This document shows, in pieces, positions 1 through 13,080 of a stretch of DNA of 64,000 bases. Where the stretch lies: the NCBI RefSeq assembly GCF_020745735.1, contig NC_083413.1, forward strand, positions 97,870,409 to 97,934,408. Reading direction: 5' to 3'. The position numbers and the translations under genes were made by a program. Source of the DNA: Hemiscyllium ocellatum (lineage: Eukaryota). Every line of letters begins with the position of its first letter. Position 1 is the first letter of the stretch. The notes beneath the pieces are model-generated. The model did not search any database, was not told the origin of the DNA, and saw only the letters and a program-made list of their open reading frames with translations.

Positions 1-49
1 GTGCAGACATGATGGATTCAACGTTTTCCTGCTGTTCTTTAAACATACT

Positions 50-646
50 GTCATATTCTGCACCAATATAGCAGGTTGGTCAATAAAGCTAAACTCATGA
101 GCTCCATGGGACAGTTCCAGGTTGGATTAAAACTGAGTGCAAAAACGACTCACACTATCCAATCACTATTTAATGGATTCGATCGACTGTCAACTCTGCT
201 CTGAAAATACATGCAGTTTCGTTATATGAGGAACAAATCAAGCCTCCCATTATCTCCCAACTGGATTGTTGCTTGGTGTTGGCAATGATGGTTTTCCACG
301 ATCTATCACGTGGGGCTGGGTCAGAATTGTTCTGATTCTCTGAATATTTTTCCTGTGCTGCTTCCCATTTTTTATTAAACTATTGATTCCTGTATAGGGG
401 CTGTTTTGTTGTTCTAACAGCGAGATACTGCTCACACTGGGAAACTGAAATAAATAGATGAGTATTTCCAATTCAGTTACAACATTTCAGAGGATTCTGC
501 ATGGGAACATGAACAGGAAGGAGTTAGAGGGTTAGGGGCCAAGTGCTTGCAAATGGGATTGCAATAGATCAGTTTAAGTTATCTGTTCGAAATGGATAAG
601 TTGGGCCAAAGGGTCAGATTCTCTGATGTTTGAGTCTATGACTCTA
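50..646 (+). mobile_element. Degenerate CR1-type LINE fragments (RT remnant and 3' end)
   Basis: CR1-like 3' UTR ending in the GAGTCTATGACTCT tail at ~633-646; upstream similarity is weak and boundaries are approximate. Confidence 0.5.
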
Positions 647-1989
647 AAAGCTGCTGTGGAGACAGGCTGAGGGAAGATTAAAATATCAGATTTATAAAAG
701 CTTAACATATGGCTACTCAATCTGGAGCTTTGAAATAGCCAAAACACCTGAGTTTCTCATTTGTATTAAAATTAATACTTACATACCATCCAAACTAATG
801 TTCAGAGTTTTCTGTTGTGCAAATATTGCACAATCTTGAGTAACATAGAACAGGGCAAGTTCGCAAATATCCAAACACCATTCTTCATTATATATAATAG
901 ATTGTTTTGTTTGTAAATTGAAAAGTGTACCAGTCTGAGTGTGGAGAGCACAAACAGAACCTGTTTGTTCACATGAGCTGCCTCATTACCCCTGACAGCT
1001 TCTGAGCATTTCTGCAGTTTGGTTGCAGTTCCCGCTTGCGGCCAGTAGCGGTCAGTAACCTGCAGAACAGTGAAGTTCCAGGATCAGAGAGATGGAGACT
1101 ACAGACAATAATTATTCCCCTTGTGTTGGACAGTGTGAGGGAGAAATAACAAGGTTGGGGACCAGGTGCTATTTCATTTCCAAGGGCAGGAAAATGAGTG
1201 GAAAATAACTCTGAAAGACATTATAAATGACCATTTACAGTGGGTGCCTTTTTAAATTTCATAAACGTACTTCATTCATTAAAGAAATCTGCATATATAC
1301 ATAGCCACAAAAGCAGTCTGGTTCTGTATAGGAGCATATGAGGAAACAAACAAGCATTGGGAGTTTGAGTCTATCCAACAAACAAACCAAAGGCACATTT
1401 ATTTGTACAAAAGTATATTTACATGCATTGGAGGCATCAGGAAGTTCCGGTAACTGAACGGTCCCTAAGTTTAACTTTGGCAGGAAGACCTCTGACAGTG
1501 GAGAGATTAATCCAGGACCTTCAATATGCATTTGTTAAGGCCAAGTGAACTGATGAACATGACTGACTTTTTTTGCAGAACTAGTCTGATCACAGTGATC
1601 TGATTTTGATGTGGAGCAAATGAATTTTGGGAAGGCTGTTGAGTGTGATTGGCGGAAACAGCTTAGCTGGTGAACATTTGACTGGGAAAATCTAAAGATC
1701 ACTCGTTCAGACCTGGGATTTGGCAAGAATTGTTGTTGCTTTACTGTTGCCAGAATGGTGAGTGACAAGGCCTCTTTCTGTGTTGTACATTTTCCATGAT
1801 TTCTGTTCCAATGTTACAGGCTGGCCAATAATTTAACAAATCATCTGAGTAAAGGTGAAGTGACAGGTTGTTTGCAACATAAGATTGAAGCCTGGAATAC
1901 CCAGAATGAGATTGAAAAAAGACAATGGGAGAAGTGTGTTTGTATGATTGGAAACTTGTTTCCAAAAAGCTTCCTTTGAATTACAAATT

Positions 1990-2270
1990 GATATCTTTTT
2001 TCCCTGTTATATACACCACTGATATGGAATTGGATGTAGGAGATGCAATTTACCGAAGACATAAAAATTAGCCTAATCATTAACAGTGAATAAGAAGTCT
2101 GTAGACCGCAGGATGATCTAAATCAAATGGTCATTTGAGCAGAAAAGTGACAAATAGAACTCAGTCTGGAGAAGTGTGAAGTAATGTATTTGGGAAGGGA
2201 ATAGACAATAAGTATTGAGACTGTGCAAGAGGGGGCCAATACAAAACTGTAGGGCAGTGCAAGATTTGTT
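1990..2270 (+). mobile_element. CR1 LINE RT fragment
   Basis: Degenerate remnant of the CR1 RT C-terminal region (GAAGTGTGAAGTAATG motif). Confidence 0.55.
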
Positions 2271-2957
2271 TGGGCGAGTAGCGTGCAACACAGAGAGAAA
2301 GAGATGCAAAATGAGAGAAATGAGATTAAGGGTGAAGTGAGTCATAAAGACTAAGAGACAATGTTAGACATGCTTCTTTAGAGGTAGCGGAGAGGAAATA
2401 AAGACAGAGAGAAACGCTGTGTGAGAAAGGCGAAAGAGATATGGAAAGAGAGTGTGGAACAATACCTTCACAGATTGGTAAAGGATGTGAGACAACAATG
2501 AAGAGAGAGAGAGAGAGAGAGAGATAGAGTCATAGAGACAGAGATAAGGGGAAAACATCAGACGCAGAGACAATGACAAGGTGCAGTTGGACAGGAGAGA
2601 TTAGGATTAAAGAAGCGATACTGACCATTCTAGCTGGTCTCTCGATAGTCCCTCACATTTCCTCTCTCCCATCAGAGACAGTCCATGTTCCAGGGTGTTC
2701 AGGATGGACTTAAGTGATCAAAAATGTGTTTGAGATTCAAGCACTACTCGCTCTCTCTCAGACACAGAGACAGAAATGCACAGACACATGGTCAGTCCAC
2801 ACAGAAAGAGACAGATTGGCTTCCAGAGCCAGAGTAATGTACTCCCTGCGTTGTCATTCAAAGCCATTCACCACCAAATCCCAGTTCATCCAATCAACTC
2901 CTAGTACTTTCTACCTGGACCACACCTCCCCCATGGGTGGAATAATCAAGTGTTTTT

Positions 2958-5110
2958 ATTTACATAGAACAAAAAATGTTTCAGCACAGTACAGGCCCTT
3001 CGAAACTCGATGTGGTGCTGACCTGTGAAAATAATCCAATGCCCATCTAACAAACCCATTCTATTATTATCCATATGTATGTCCAATGCCCATTTACATG
3101 CCCTTAACGTCAGTGAGTCTACTACTGTTACAGGCAGGCCATTCCATGCCCCATTACTCTCTGAATGAAGAAACTACCCTGATATCTGTCCTAAATCTAT
3201 CATGTCTCAATTTAAAGCTTTGTCCCCTCGTGTTTGCCTCCACCATCCAAGGAAAAACATTCTCACTGTCCACCCTATCTAATCCTCTGATTATCTTTGA
3301 TTAAGTCATCTCTCAATCTTCTTCTCTCCAACGAAAACACCTTCAGTTCCCTCAGCCATTTCTCCTGGGACCTTCCTTCCATACCAGGCAACATCCTAGT
3401 AAATCTCCTCTGAACCCTTTCCAAAACTCCAACATCCTGCCTCTCCTGCCAGAACTGCACGCAATACTCCAGGTGCAGCCTTGCCAGTGTGGTGTACAGC
3501 TGAAGCATGACCTTGTGGCTCTGAAACTCAATCCTCCTACCAATCAACACTAACATACCATATGCCTTCCTAATAACTCCATCAATCTGGGCGGCAACTT
3601 TCAGGGATTTACACACCAGAACACCGAGATCTCTCTGTTCATTTACACTGCCAAGAGTTTTACTATTAGCCCATACTCTGCATTCCAGTTACTTCTTCTG
3701 AAGTGAACTGCTTCACCCTTTTCTGCATTAAACTTCATTTGCCACTTCACAGCCCAGCTCTGCATCTGATGTATGTCCCTCTGTAACCCACAACATCTTC
3801 TGGCACTATCCACAACTCTGCCTACCTTAGTGTTATCCGCAAATTTACTAACCTATCCACCTACACCCACAGCCCAATCATTATAAAAATGATAAACACC
3901 AGTGGCCCCAAACAGATCCTTGTGGCACACCATTTAACTGAGCTGAGGATGGATTCCCAATCCCCACCAACCCCCTCTCTCTTCTTCAAAAACTGCCCAA
4001 ACTGCTAAAATCCACACCCAACCTCACCCATCACCCCATGCATTAGTCCACCACTGGAACCTTATCAAACAGTACTAAACTAGGTCCACCTGTTTTGTCA
4101 CCTTCTCAAAGAATTCAGTAAGATTGGTGAGGCACAAACTACCCTTCACAAAACCATGTTGACTATCCCTAATCAAATTATTCCTTTCCAGATGATTATA
4201 AATCCTATTCTTAGAATCTTTTCCAATACCTTACCCACAACCAAAGTAAGGCTTCTGGCCTATGATTATCAGGGTTGCCTCGACTCCCCTTCTTAAACGA
4301 CGAAACAACATTTGTTATCCTCCAATCTTCTGGCACTACTCCTATCGACAATGATGACTTAAAGATTGAAGCCAAAGGCTCTGCAATCTCCTCCCTGGCT
4401 TCCCAGAGAATACTAAGATAAATCCAATTCAGCCCAGGGGTCTCATCTATTTTCAGATCTTCCAGAATTGCTGAAACCTCCTCTTTGTCAACCTCAATCT
4501 TGTAACCTGTATCTCTGTATTCTCACTAACATTGTCCTTTTGCAAGATGAATACTGACTAAAAGCATTCATTAAGTGCTTCCTCTATGTCCTCAGATTCC
4601 ACATATAACTTTCCACTACTATCTTTGATTGGCCTTCATCTTTCTCCAGTCATTGTTTTAGTCCTGATATACCTGTGGAAGGTTTCAGGGTTTTCCTTGA
4701 TCCTATTCACCAACATCTTATGTCCCCTCTTGGCTCTTCTTAGCCCTCTCATTAGATTTTTTCTGGCTAACTTATATCTCTCAAGCCCCCTAATAGAGCC
4801 TTCAAACCTCATTCCTTACATAAGCCTTCTTCTTCCTCTTGACAAGCGCTTCAACTTCTTTCGTAAACCATAGCTCCCTCTCTCGACAACTATCTCCCTG
4901 CCGAATAGGCTGCTCCTTGAATAAGCTCCATATTTCAAGTGTATCCATCCCCTGCAGTGTATCCATCCTTCCCCATCCTATGCATCCTAAATCTTGCCTA
5001 ATCACATTATTGTTGCCTTTCCTCCAGTTGTACCTCTTACCTTGTGGTGTATACCTATCCCTGCCCATTGCAGTATTCCAGTCAGTATTGGGGAAGTTAA
5101 AGTCCCCAGT
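2958..5110 (-). mobile_element. 5'-truncated, internally deleted CR1 LINE (endonuclease end to 3' tail)
   Basis: Minus-strand ORF pieces 3275-3616 (KAYGMLVLIGRRIEF...RLHLEYCVQFW...VQRRFTRMLPGM) are typical of the CR1 ORF2 C-terminus; GGGGACTTTAACTTCCC (GDFNF) at ~5088-5108; 3' tail at ~2958. Confidence 0.85.
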
Positions 5111-5280
5111 TTAAGTGGGCCTAGAGAGATGAGGAGAAGAAACAGCAGCAAAATAGTTTATCCCAGGCTGCCTCTTTTTGCCCTTCACATTCCCCCCCCC
5201 CCCCCCCCCCCCCAGACACTGGCTTGCTACACACCCAGATATAAAGCTGCAGTTTCAAACCTTTCACAGACAAAGCACAC

Positions 5281-5505
5281 ATAGAGTCATAGAGCCATAG
5301 AGATGGACAGCATGGAAACAGACCCTTCGGTCCAACCCATCCATGCCGACCAGATATCCCAACCCAACCTAGTCCCATATCCCTCCATACCCTTCCTATT
5401 CATATGAATCTCCACTCCAAGATCTCGTTGTTCAGCAACACTCCGTAGGACCTTACCATTAAGTGTATAAGTCCTGCTAAGATTTGCTTTCCCACACAAA
5501 TCAAC
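5281..5505 (-). mobile_element. CR1 LINE 3' end
   Basis: ATAGAGTCATAGAG tail followed by the reverse complement of the CR1 3' UTR (CAGCATGGAAACAGACCCTTCGGTCCAAC). Confidence 0.85.
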
Positions 5506-6716
5506 ACAAGCTTTCACACAACTCATTACAGGTTGTTAAAAGCATACACGCAGTGACACTGAAGGAATAGTGATGTATCTGTAAGTCATGATGCTGAGTG
5601 GTTTTGAGAGGAACTTGCAGAGGGTGGGGTTCCCAAATACCTACTGCCCTTGTTCCTCTTGATGATTGTGGTCACAGATTTGGAAGGTGGTGTTGAAGGA
5701 GCGAGGTTGATTTTCAGCATTGCATTTTGAATGTGAAACGCACAGCTGCTACTGAGCACTGGTGCTGGAGAGACTGGATATTCTACCCCTTATTCTGGGC
5801 TTCATCTAATGGTTTTCAATCATGGTGGAAATCTTGAATATGAACCTACTCACAATACTAACCATGCAATGATCATGGAACGTGTTAATAAAATCCAGTT
5901 GTTCATTAATTAATTTGTGACTCAACTTCAGTGTGAATCCAGACCCTGAGTGGGTTATGGGTGGCTCGGAGAGCCATATGCAATGACAGAGCAAACCAGT
6001 CAGTGATAGAATTAGGAAGGTGTCCAGAATGCTGCTCCTTTCTCAATGACGTGATCAACATCGGAAGACACAAATGGATAAAGGGACAGAAGCATGTTCA
6101 AAAATAAGCAAAGACCTTTTTCTTTCTTGCTGACTTCAAGGACAGGTATGCAGATAATCACAAACTCGTCTGAGTACATATTATGGTTCTTTGTTTGGTC
6201 AGATCTGCAAGTGTGACAATGCTGCTCCTTTAGCAAAGTTATGCTGTCCTTGGCTTGTTTTTTTTGTCAGAGAGGTCATCAAAGCATCAATTCTGAAAAG
6301 TCTAAGTTTGAAGGGTTTGAGGGCAAATGTGATTGTAGCGAACAGATACTGCTTCAGGGAAAAGGTTAAAACAAACACTTGTACAATGAAAGGGGAGGAG
6401 CCAGTTCTCCCAGCTCAGCTTTAGTTTGGTTTGATTTGGTTTGGGTTTTAGCAGTTTGGCTGTTTACTGAAAGCAGTCAGTGGGCTTGAGACTGCTGGCC
6501 CAAGAAACAGCTACATGGAAGAAAGTATTCCATGCCAAATCCCTCTGCTCTCTCTCTCTCTCTCTTTCCCCTATAAGACCCTGTGTTTTATTTTACCTGT
6601 TTTTGTGCCAAGGGGTATTTTTGAGGATTTTTGCAGGAATTTGGAACAGCACCATTAAGTTGGGATAATCTGTTGGGTTTTTGGATATGTTGTTATTCCA
6701 TATTCTGTTCTTTTTT

Positions 6717-7263
6717 GTTCTCCCAGTCGAATTCATTTGGCTTGTCATCTGCGAGTAGTGTACAAAACCAATGTAGTGTACAAAATCCCATGCAAGGACT
6801 GCACAAAACACTACATAGGTCAAACAGGAAGACAGCTATCCATGAACACCAACTAGCCACGAAACGACACGACCAGCTATCCTTAGTAGCCACACACGCA
6901 GATGACAAGCAACATGAATTCGACTGGGACAACACTACTATTATAGGACAAGCCAAACAGAGAACAGCCAGGGAATTCCTAGAGGCATGGCACTCATCCA
7001 CAGATTCTATCAATAAGCACATCGACCTGGACCCAATATACCGACCACTGCAACGAACAGCTGGAACTGACAACCGGAAGCCGCAGATTCAAACCACTAC
7101 AAATGCCAGAGGAAAGATCACAGAAGCACTTCACAGGAGGCTCCCAAGCACTGAGAATGTCACCTAGACAGGGGACGAAATGTCTGCAACACAAATTCCC
7201 AGCTCGGTGAACAGAATCACAACAACGAGCACCCGAGCTACAAATCTTCTCACAAACTTTGAA
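6717..7263 (+). mobile_element. Penelope-like element 3' fragment (GIY-YIG endonuclease plus 3' UTR) with 5' inversion
   Basis: Encodes NVVYKIPCKDCTKHYIGQTGR...HEHQLATKRHD...REFLEAWHS (GIY-YIG); 6717-6758 is an inverted copy of ~6893-6933. Confidence 0.85.
7148..7187 (+). ncRNA. Decayed minimal hammerhead ribozyme in PLE 3' UTR
   Basis: GCA-CTGAGAA-T-GTC.CCT(agac)AGG.GAC-GAAA-T-GTC-TGC. Stem I GCA/TGC and stem II are intact; core G8 is A and C15.2 is T. Confidence 0.7.
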
Positions 7264-7689
7264 AAACTGTTCTTTTTTATTTGTGATTCATTCAGTAATA
7301 TTGCAGATAAATTCTGTTTTGTCTAAACTAAGTGGTTTGACAAGCTGCATCCCTCCTGGAATATCCACCTACGCCTACTTAAAACAACTCACAAAGTTAG
7401 GGTCTGGGCTACTTTCCTGAAATGTTTTGAGAGGTCTGGCCTGGTCCATAACAGAAGTGACATTACCATTTGTATCATGACCTCTCCTGTCCCGTGCTCC
7501 CCACCATCACAGACATTCTGAAGATTCTGCAATTCTCACCATATTTCCAGCTTCCATCAGTTGTGATGAACAGTCATCAGCTTGAACCATTCATTCTGTT
7601 TGTTTACCTGCTGAGTGTATCCAGCTATTAGTGTGGTCACTGACAGGCAGAGTACACTGAGAGGATTTCTGATATGTGTCATTCAGTGA

Positions 7690-9075
7690 GACATCTCTTT
7701 AAACAACAGAAGTGGGAATCCTCCACCTAGAAAATGTGAGGCTGGTAAGTAGGAATATGAGCGAGAGAGAGAAAACAGGGAATTATAGGCCAGTTTGCCT
7801 GATATCAGTTGTGGGGAAAATGCTGGAGTAATTCATTAAGGATGTAATAACTGAGCATTTGGAAGATGGTGACGGAATTGCTGCTAGTCAGCATGGATTC
7901 ATTAAAGGGAAACAGTGCTTGATAAATCTGCTGGAAATTTTTGAGGATGTGATCAGTAGAGTAGATAATGGTGAATCAGTAGATGTTGTGTATCTGGACT
8001 TTCAAAAGGCTTTTGCAAAAGGCTCCACACGAGAATTAGTCAGGAAAATTAAAGCTCATGATATCGGAGGCAGTGTGTTGACATGGCTAGAGAACTGGAT
8101 GGCAGACAAGAAGCAGAGAGTTGGAATAAACATGTTCTTTTCAGAATGGCAGATAGTGACAATAGCTATTAACAATATGCATTAACACTTTGGACAAAGC
8201 ATTGAAGACAGTGTCTCCAAAGGTGCAGATGACTCGAAGCTGGGTGGCAGTGTGTGTGTTGTGAGTAGGATGCTAAGAGGCTGCAGGATGGATTGGCTGA
8301 GTGGGCAAATACTCGATAAAGGCAAAATAATGTGGATAAATGTGAGGTTTTCCACTTTGGTCACAAAAATAATAGGCCTATTATCTGAATGGTGGCACTT
8401 TAGGAAAAAGGCGAGGGGCAACAAGATCTGGATGTCACTGTGGGACAGGTGTGACACGCAGGTGCAGCAGGCAATGAGGAAAGTTAATGACATGCTAATC
8501 TTCACAGTGAGAGGATTTGAGTACTGGGGTAAGGATGTCTTGCTGCAGTTATACAGGGCCTGGTGAGGCCATACCTTGAGCACTGTGTGCAGTTTAGGTC
8601 TCCTAGTCTGAGGAAGGACATTCTTGCTGTTGAGGGAGTTCAGTGAAGCATCTGTGTCGGGAGAAACAGAGATAATGTTTTGAGTCTGTAACCTTTCATT
8701 AGAACAGGGAAAAGTCAGAGATGTAACATGTTTTGAGGAAGGGCTGGATGTGAAAAGGTCAAAAGGTAGGTCTGTGATCAGGGTTAAGACAAGAAAGATT
8801 GAATGACAGAAGAGTGAGTCTTCCTGGGTCAAAGGGAATGATGATGGACCAGGCAAGAAACACAAATGTATGGAATGAGCTGTCAGAGGAAGTGGTGGAG
8901 GCTGGTACAATTGCAACATTTAAGAGGCATTTGGATGGGTATATGAATAGGACGGGTTTGGAGGGATTTGGGCTGGGTGCTGGCAGGTGGGACTAGATTG
9001 GGTTGGGATATCTGGTCGACATGGACGGGTTGGACTGAAGGGTCTGTTTCCATGCTGTACATCTCTATGACACTA
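7690..9075 (+). mobile_element. CR1 LINE RT to 3' end, interrupted at ~8640-8860 by a PLE-type fragment
   Basis: ORF 7859-8185 (SQHGFIKGKQCLINLLEIFEDV...VDVVYLDFQKAF) is CR1 RT; ends in CATCTCTATGACACTA tail at ~9075. Confidence 0.85.
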
Positions 9076-9289
9076 TAAAAACTAAAGATGTGCATGGAGT
9101 AGGTGTGCTGTTGACTGAAAGAAATCAGACAGAAACAAACAAAGAAATGGAAACAAATGGAGACAAAGTTTCTGTCAAAATGCAGAACCCAGTTTTCATC
9201 CAGAGGCTGGAAAATGTCTCATTAAAAGATGAAGTTTATGTTGAGCCTCACTGGAACAGTGCAGTAGATCAAGGACAGAAATGTTAGTG

Positions 9290-9430
9290 TGAGACCAAAG
9301 TGGAGATTTAAACTTGACAAGAGGCCATAGTCAGAAAGGAGGTGTTCCACAAAGCAGTCACTCAATCAGTGTTTGGTCTCCAAAATGTGGAGGAGACCAC
9401 ATTGTGAGGAGTGAATACAGTTGACAGAAA
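9290..9430 (-). mobile_element. PLE GIY-YIG remnant
   Basis: Minus strand reads VNCIHSSQCGLLHILETKH, matching the YCIxCxxCGLLYIGET motif also seen at ~23140-23200. Confidence 0.6.
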
Positions 9431-10430
9431 TAGTTGCCTTGTTTTCAGATATATGGATATAACTCCCCCACCATTCTGTTTTGTGAATATCAGAACAACA
9501 TCGGCCTATTGCTGACGACGTCCAGGAGCTGGAGGCAGAGGGCAGGGTCTGACACCAGCTGATTGAGAGAACAAGAAAGAGACAGCACTGAGAATTCATC
9601 CTGTTGTTGGAAATGCTGTTCCAATCCACACTAAATAATCCCATCTTCGGTCGTGTGTCACAATACAAACAAAATAACTGGGTGCTCCTGAACAAATCAT
9701 GGTCAGTTTTAAATCTTAAAAATGGACTTGACGCCCTGTTAATATGAAGAGACTGTTTCTGTTGCAGGTGTTTCATTGAATCTTCCCACACAGTGAGAGG
9801 CCATTTGGCCCATTGTCTTCCTGCTTGCTCTTTAAATGAACCATTTCATTCCATTGCTGCTCATTTCCTGCAGTCGCACATATTTCCTGTTTTAAATATA
9901 TATCCACTTCCAATTTTAAAATGAATGATGGCAGAATATTGTCAGTTTCTTCCATCACTCTTTCAGGCAATCAGAATCACTCCCTGTGGCCACATTCTCC
10001 CAATTCCCTCTCAGTTATTTCTGAGCCTTTTTTTTACTTGTGTTGGTGGTTGTATCGGTGACTTCCTAACCTGGGTACGGCCCTCCTCTGGAATTTTGGG
10101 AAGGACTTCACCGACTGACACTAACAACAGACCAACTACTGCAGCCGAAGACTGAAAAGCCACCTTAATGGTTACTATGCTAGTTAGATACACAAGACCA
10201 AGACAGGGTCATCCAACTCAGGAGGTAAATAGTGGGCTCAACAAGAAGAGGGAAAGGAGAGAGATAGAACAGAGAAAGAATGGGAAAGGGGACAGGGAGA
10301 TAGAGAGAGAGAGCAGAGATTAGGAGAGAAAGGTGAAGGGGGATCAGAGAGAGAAAAACACAGGGGACGAGGACAGAACTTTGGGAGGGGAGAGAGGGGG
10401 TAAGGGGGGTAACGTAGTGCTGAGGCAGAC

Positions 10431-12570
10431 ATCAGCCAGGGAGGGGAGATTACAAGGTGGGTAGGGATCAGTCAGGGAGGAGTGATTGCAGTGTTGGGTA
10501 GGGATCAGTCAGAGAGGGGGAGATTGCAGTGTTGGGTAGGGATCAGTCAGGGAGGGGGAATTGCAGTGTTGGGTAGGGATCAGTCAGGGAGGGGAGATTG
10601 CAGTGTTGGGTAGGGATCAGTCAAGGAGGGTGGGATTGCAGTGTTGGGTAGGGATCAGTCAGGGAGGGGGAATTGCAGTGTGGGTAGGGATCAGTCAGAG
10701 AGGGGAATTACAATGTTGGGTAGGGATCAGTCAGGGAGGGTGGGATTGCAGTGTTGGGTAGGGATCAGTCAGGGAGGGTGGGATTGCAGTGTTGGGTAGG
10801 GATCAGTCAGGGAGGGGGAATTGCAGTCTTGGGTAGGGATCAGTCAGAGAGGGGGGGATTGCAGTGTTGGGTAGGGATCAGTCAGGGAGTGGGAATTACA
10901 ATGTTGGGTAGGGATCAGTCAGGGAGGGTGGGATTGCAGTGTTGGGTAAGGATCAGTCAGGGAGGATGGGATTGCAGTGTTGGGTAGGGATCAGTCAGAG
11001 GGGGGGGATTGCAGTGTTGGGTAGGGATCAGTCAGGGAGGGTGGGATTGCAGTGTTGGGTAAGGATCAGTCAGGGAGGATGGGATTGCAGTGTTGGGTAG
11101 GGATCAGTCAGAGAGGGGGGGATGCAGTGTTGGGTAGGGATCAGTCAGGGAGGGGGAATTACAATGTTGGGTAGGGATCAGTCAGGGAGGGGGGGATTGC
11201 AGTGTTGGGTAGGGATCAGTCAGAGGGGGGGGATTGCAGTGTTGGGTAGGGATCAGACACGGACGGGTGATTGCAGTGTTGGGTAGGGATCAGTCAGGGA
11301 TGGGTGATTGCAGTGTTGGGCAGGGATCAGTCAGGGAGGGGTGATTGCAGTGTTGGGTAGGGATCAGTCAGGGAGGGGGGATTGCAGTGTTGGGTAGGGA
11401 TCAGTCAGGGAGGGGGGATTCGCAGTGTTGGGTAGGGATCAGTCAGGGAGGGGTGATTGCAGTGTTGGGTAGGGATCAGTCAGGGAGGGGGGGGATTGCA
11501 GCGTTGGGTAGGGATCAGTCAGGGAGGGGTGATTGCAGTGTTGGGCAGGGATCAGTCAGAGAGGGGTGATTGCAGTGTTGGGGAGGGATCAGTCGGGGGG
11601 GATTGCAGTGTTGGGCAGGGATCAGTCAGGGGGGGATTGCAGTGTTGGGCAGGGATCAGTCAGGGAGGGGGGGATTGCAGTGTTGGGTTGGGATCAGTGA
11701 GGGAGGGGATTGCAGTGTTGGGTAGGGATCAGTCAGGGAGGGGTGATTGCAGTGTTGGGTAGGGATCAGTTAGGGAGGGGTGATTGCAGTGTTGGGCAGG
11801 GATCAGTCAGGGAGGGGTGATTCGCAGTGTTGGGTAGGGATCAGTCAGGGAGGGGTGATTGCAGTGTTGGGCAGGGATCAGTCGGGGGGGGATTGCAGTG
11901 TTGGGCAGCGATCAGTCAGGGAGGGGAGATTGCAGTGTTGGGTAGGGATCAGTCAGGGAGGGGGGGATTGCAGTGTTGGGCAGGGATCAGTCAGGGATGG
12001 GTGATTGCAGTGTTGGGCAGGAATCAGTCAGGGAGGGGGATTCGCAGTGTTGGGTAGGGATCAGTCAGGGAGGGGGGATTCGCAGTGTTGGGTCGGGATC
12101 AGTCAGGGCGGGGTGATTGCAGTGTTGGGTAGGGATCAGTCAGGGAGGGGTGATTTGCAGTGTTGGGTAGGGATCAGTCAGGGAGGGGTGATTGCAGTGT
12201 TGGGCAGGGATCAGTCAGGGAGGGGTGATTGCAGTGTTGGGTAGGGATCAGTCAGGGAGGGGTGATTGCAGTGTTGGGCAGGGATCAGTCAGGAGGGGTG
12301 ATTCGCAGTGTTGGGTAGGGATCAGTCAGGGAGGGGTGATTGCAGTGTTGGGCAGGGATCAGTCAGGGAGGGGTGATTGCAGTGTTGGGGAGGGATCAGT
12401 CGGGGGGATTGCAGTGTTGGGCAGGGATCAGTCAGGGGGGGCATTGCAGTGTTGGGCAGGGATCAGTCAGGGAGGGGGATTGCAGTGTTGAGTTGGGATC
12501 AGTGAGGGAGGGGGATTGCAGTGTTGGGTAGGGATCAGTTAGGGAGGGGATGATTGCAGTGTTGGGTCAG
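10431..12570 (+). repeat. G-rich minisatellite, ~37-bp unit, ~57 copies
   Basis: Unit GATTGCAGTGTTGGGTAGGGATCAGTCAGGGAGGGG(G); period 37 measured between TTGCAG at 10561 and 10598. Confidence 0.97.
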
Positions 12571-13006
12571 GAATCCATCAAGGAAGAGTTGAGCGCTGTG
12601 TTGAGGTGTTGGGTTGTCGGTATCAGTATTGATGGATCTTCAGTCTTTATTTGGGATTGTACTTAGTGAATCTAAAATCAGTAGTCTGCCAGCCTGGGGA
12701 AATTAGTGACAGCTTATCCCGTCTAATCTCAGTGGTCAGATTAATTTCAACCTGGAATTATTTTAACATGTGGTAACTTACATCCACCAACATTTGAACT
12801 TTTCTCACTTATCCCAAGATAGACATTTGTGTCTTAACATAGAATATGCTGATCCTTTTAAAATAATTCGCTTGGATTCATTGGAATGCCCAGTTCACAC
12901 TGAGACAGGCAAAGGCTCACTCACACATACACACACATTTTCACACCCACACGCTCAAATCACGAAGCACTCACGTAGGCTTATGCAGACACATACAAAC
13001 ACAGCC

Positions 13007-13010
<4 letters not shown>

Positions 13011-13078
<68 letters not shown>
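13011..13078. repeat. Compound (CT)n(CA)n microsatellite
   Basis: Seen directly in the sequence. Confidence 0.95.

Positions 13079-13080
<2 letters not shown>

Larger units (their letters stand above)
6212..7453. mobile_element. Candidate solo LTR interrupted by a Penelope-like insertion
   Basis: Segment begins TGTGACA and ends CATAACA, with a (CT)n patch inside. Flanks CAAG/GAAG are only a 3/4 match to a TSD. Confidence 0.4.

Noticed and set aside
9500-9760. Short coding-like stretch (PIADDVQELEAEGRV; CCWKCC in another frame)
   Set aside because: Interrupted by stops, no splice support, no family I can identify.
10561-12531. Many overlapping ORFs (QCWVGISQGG repeats)
   Set aside because: Translation artefacts of the 37-bp minisatellite.
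10431-12570. CRISPR-like array
   Set aside because: Contiguous tandem units with no unique spacers, in eukaryotic DNA.
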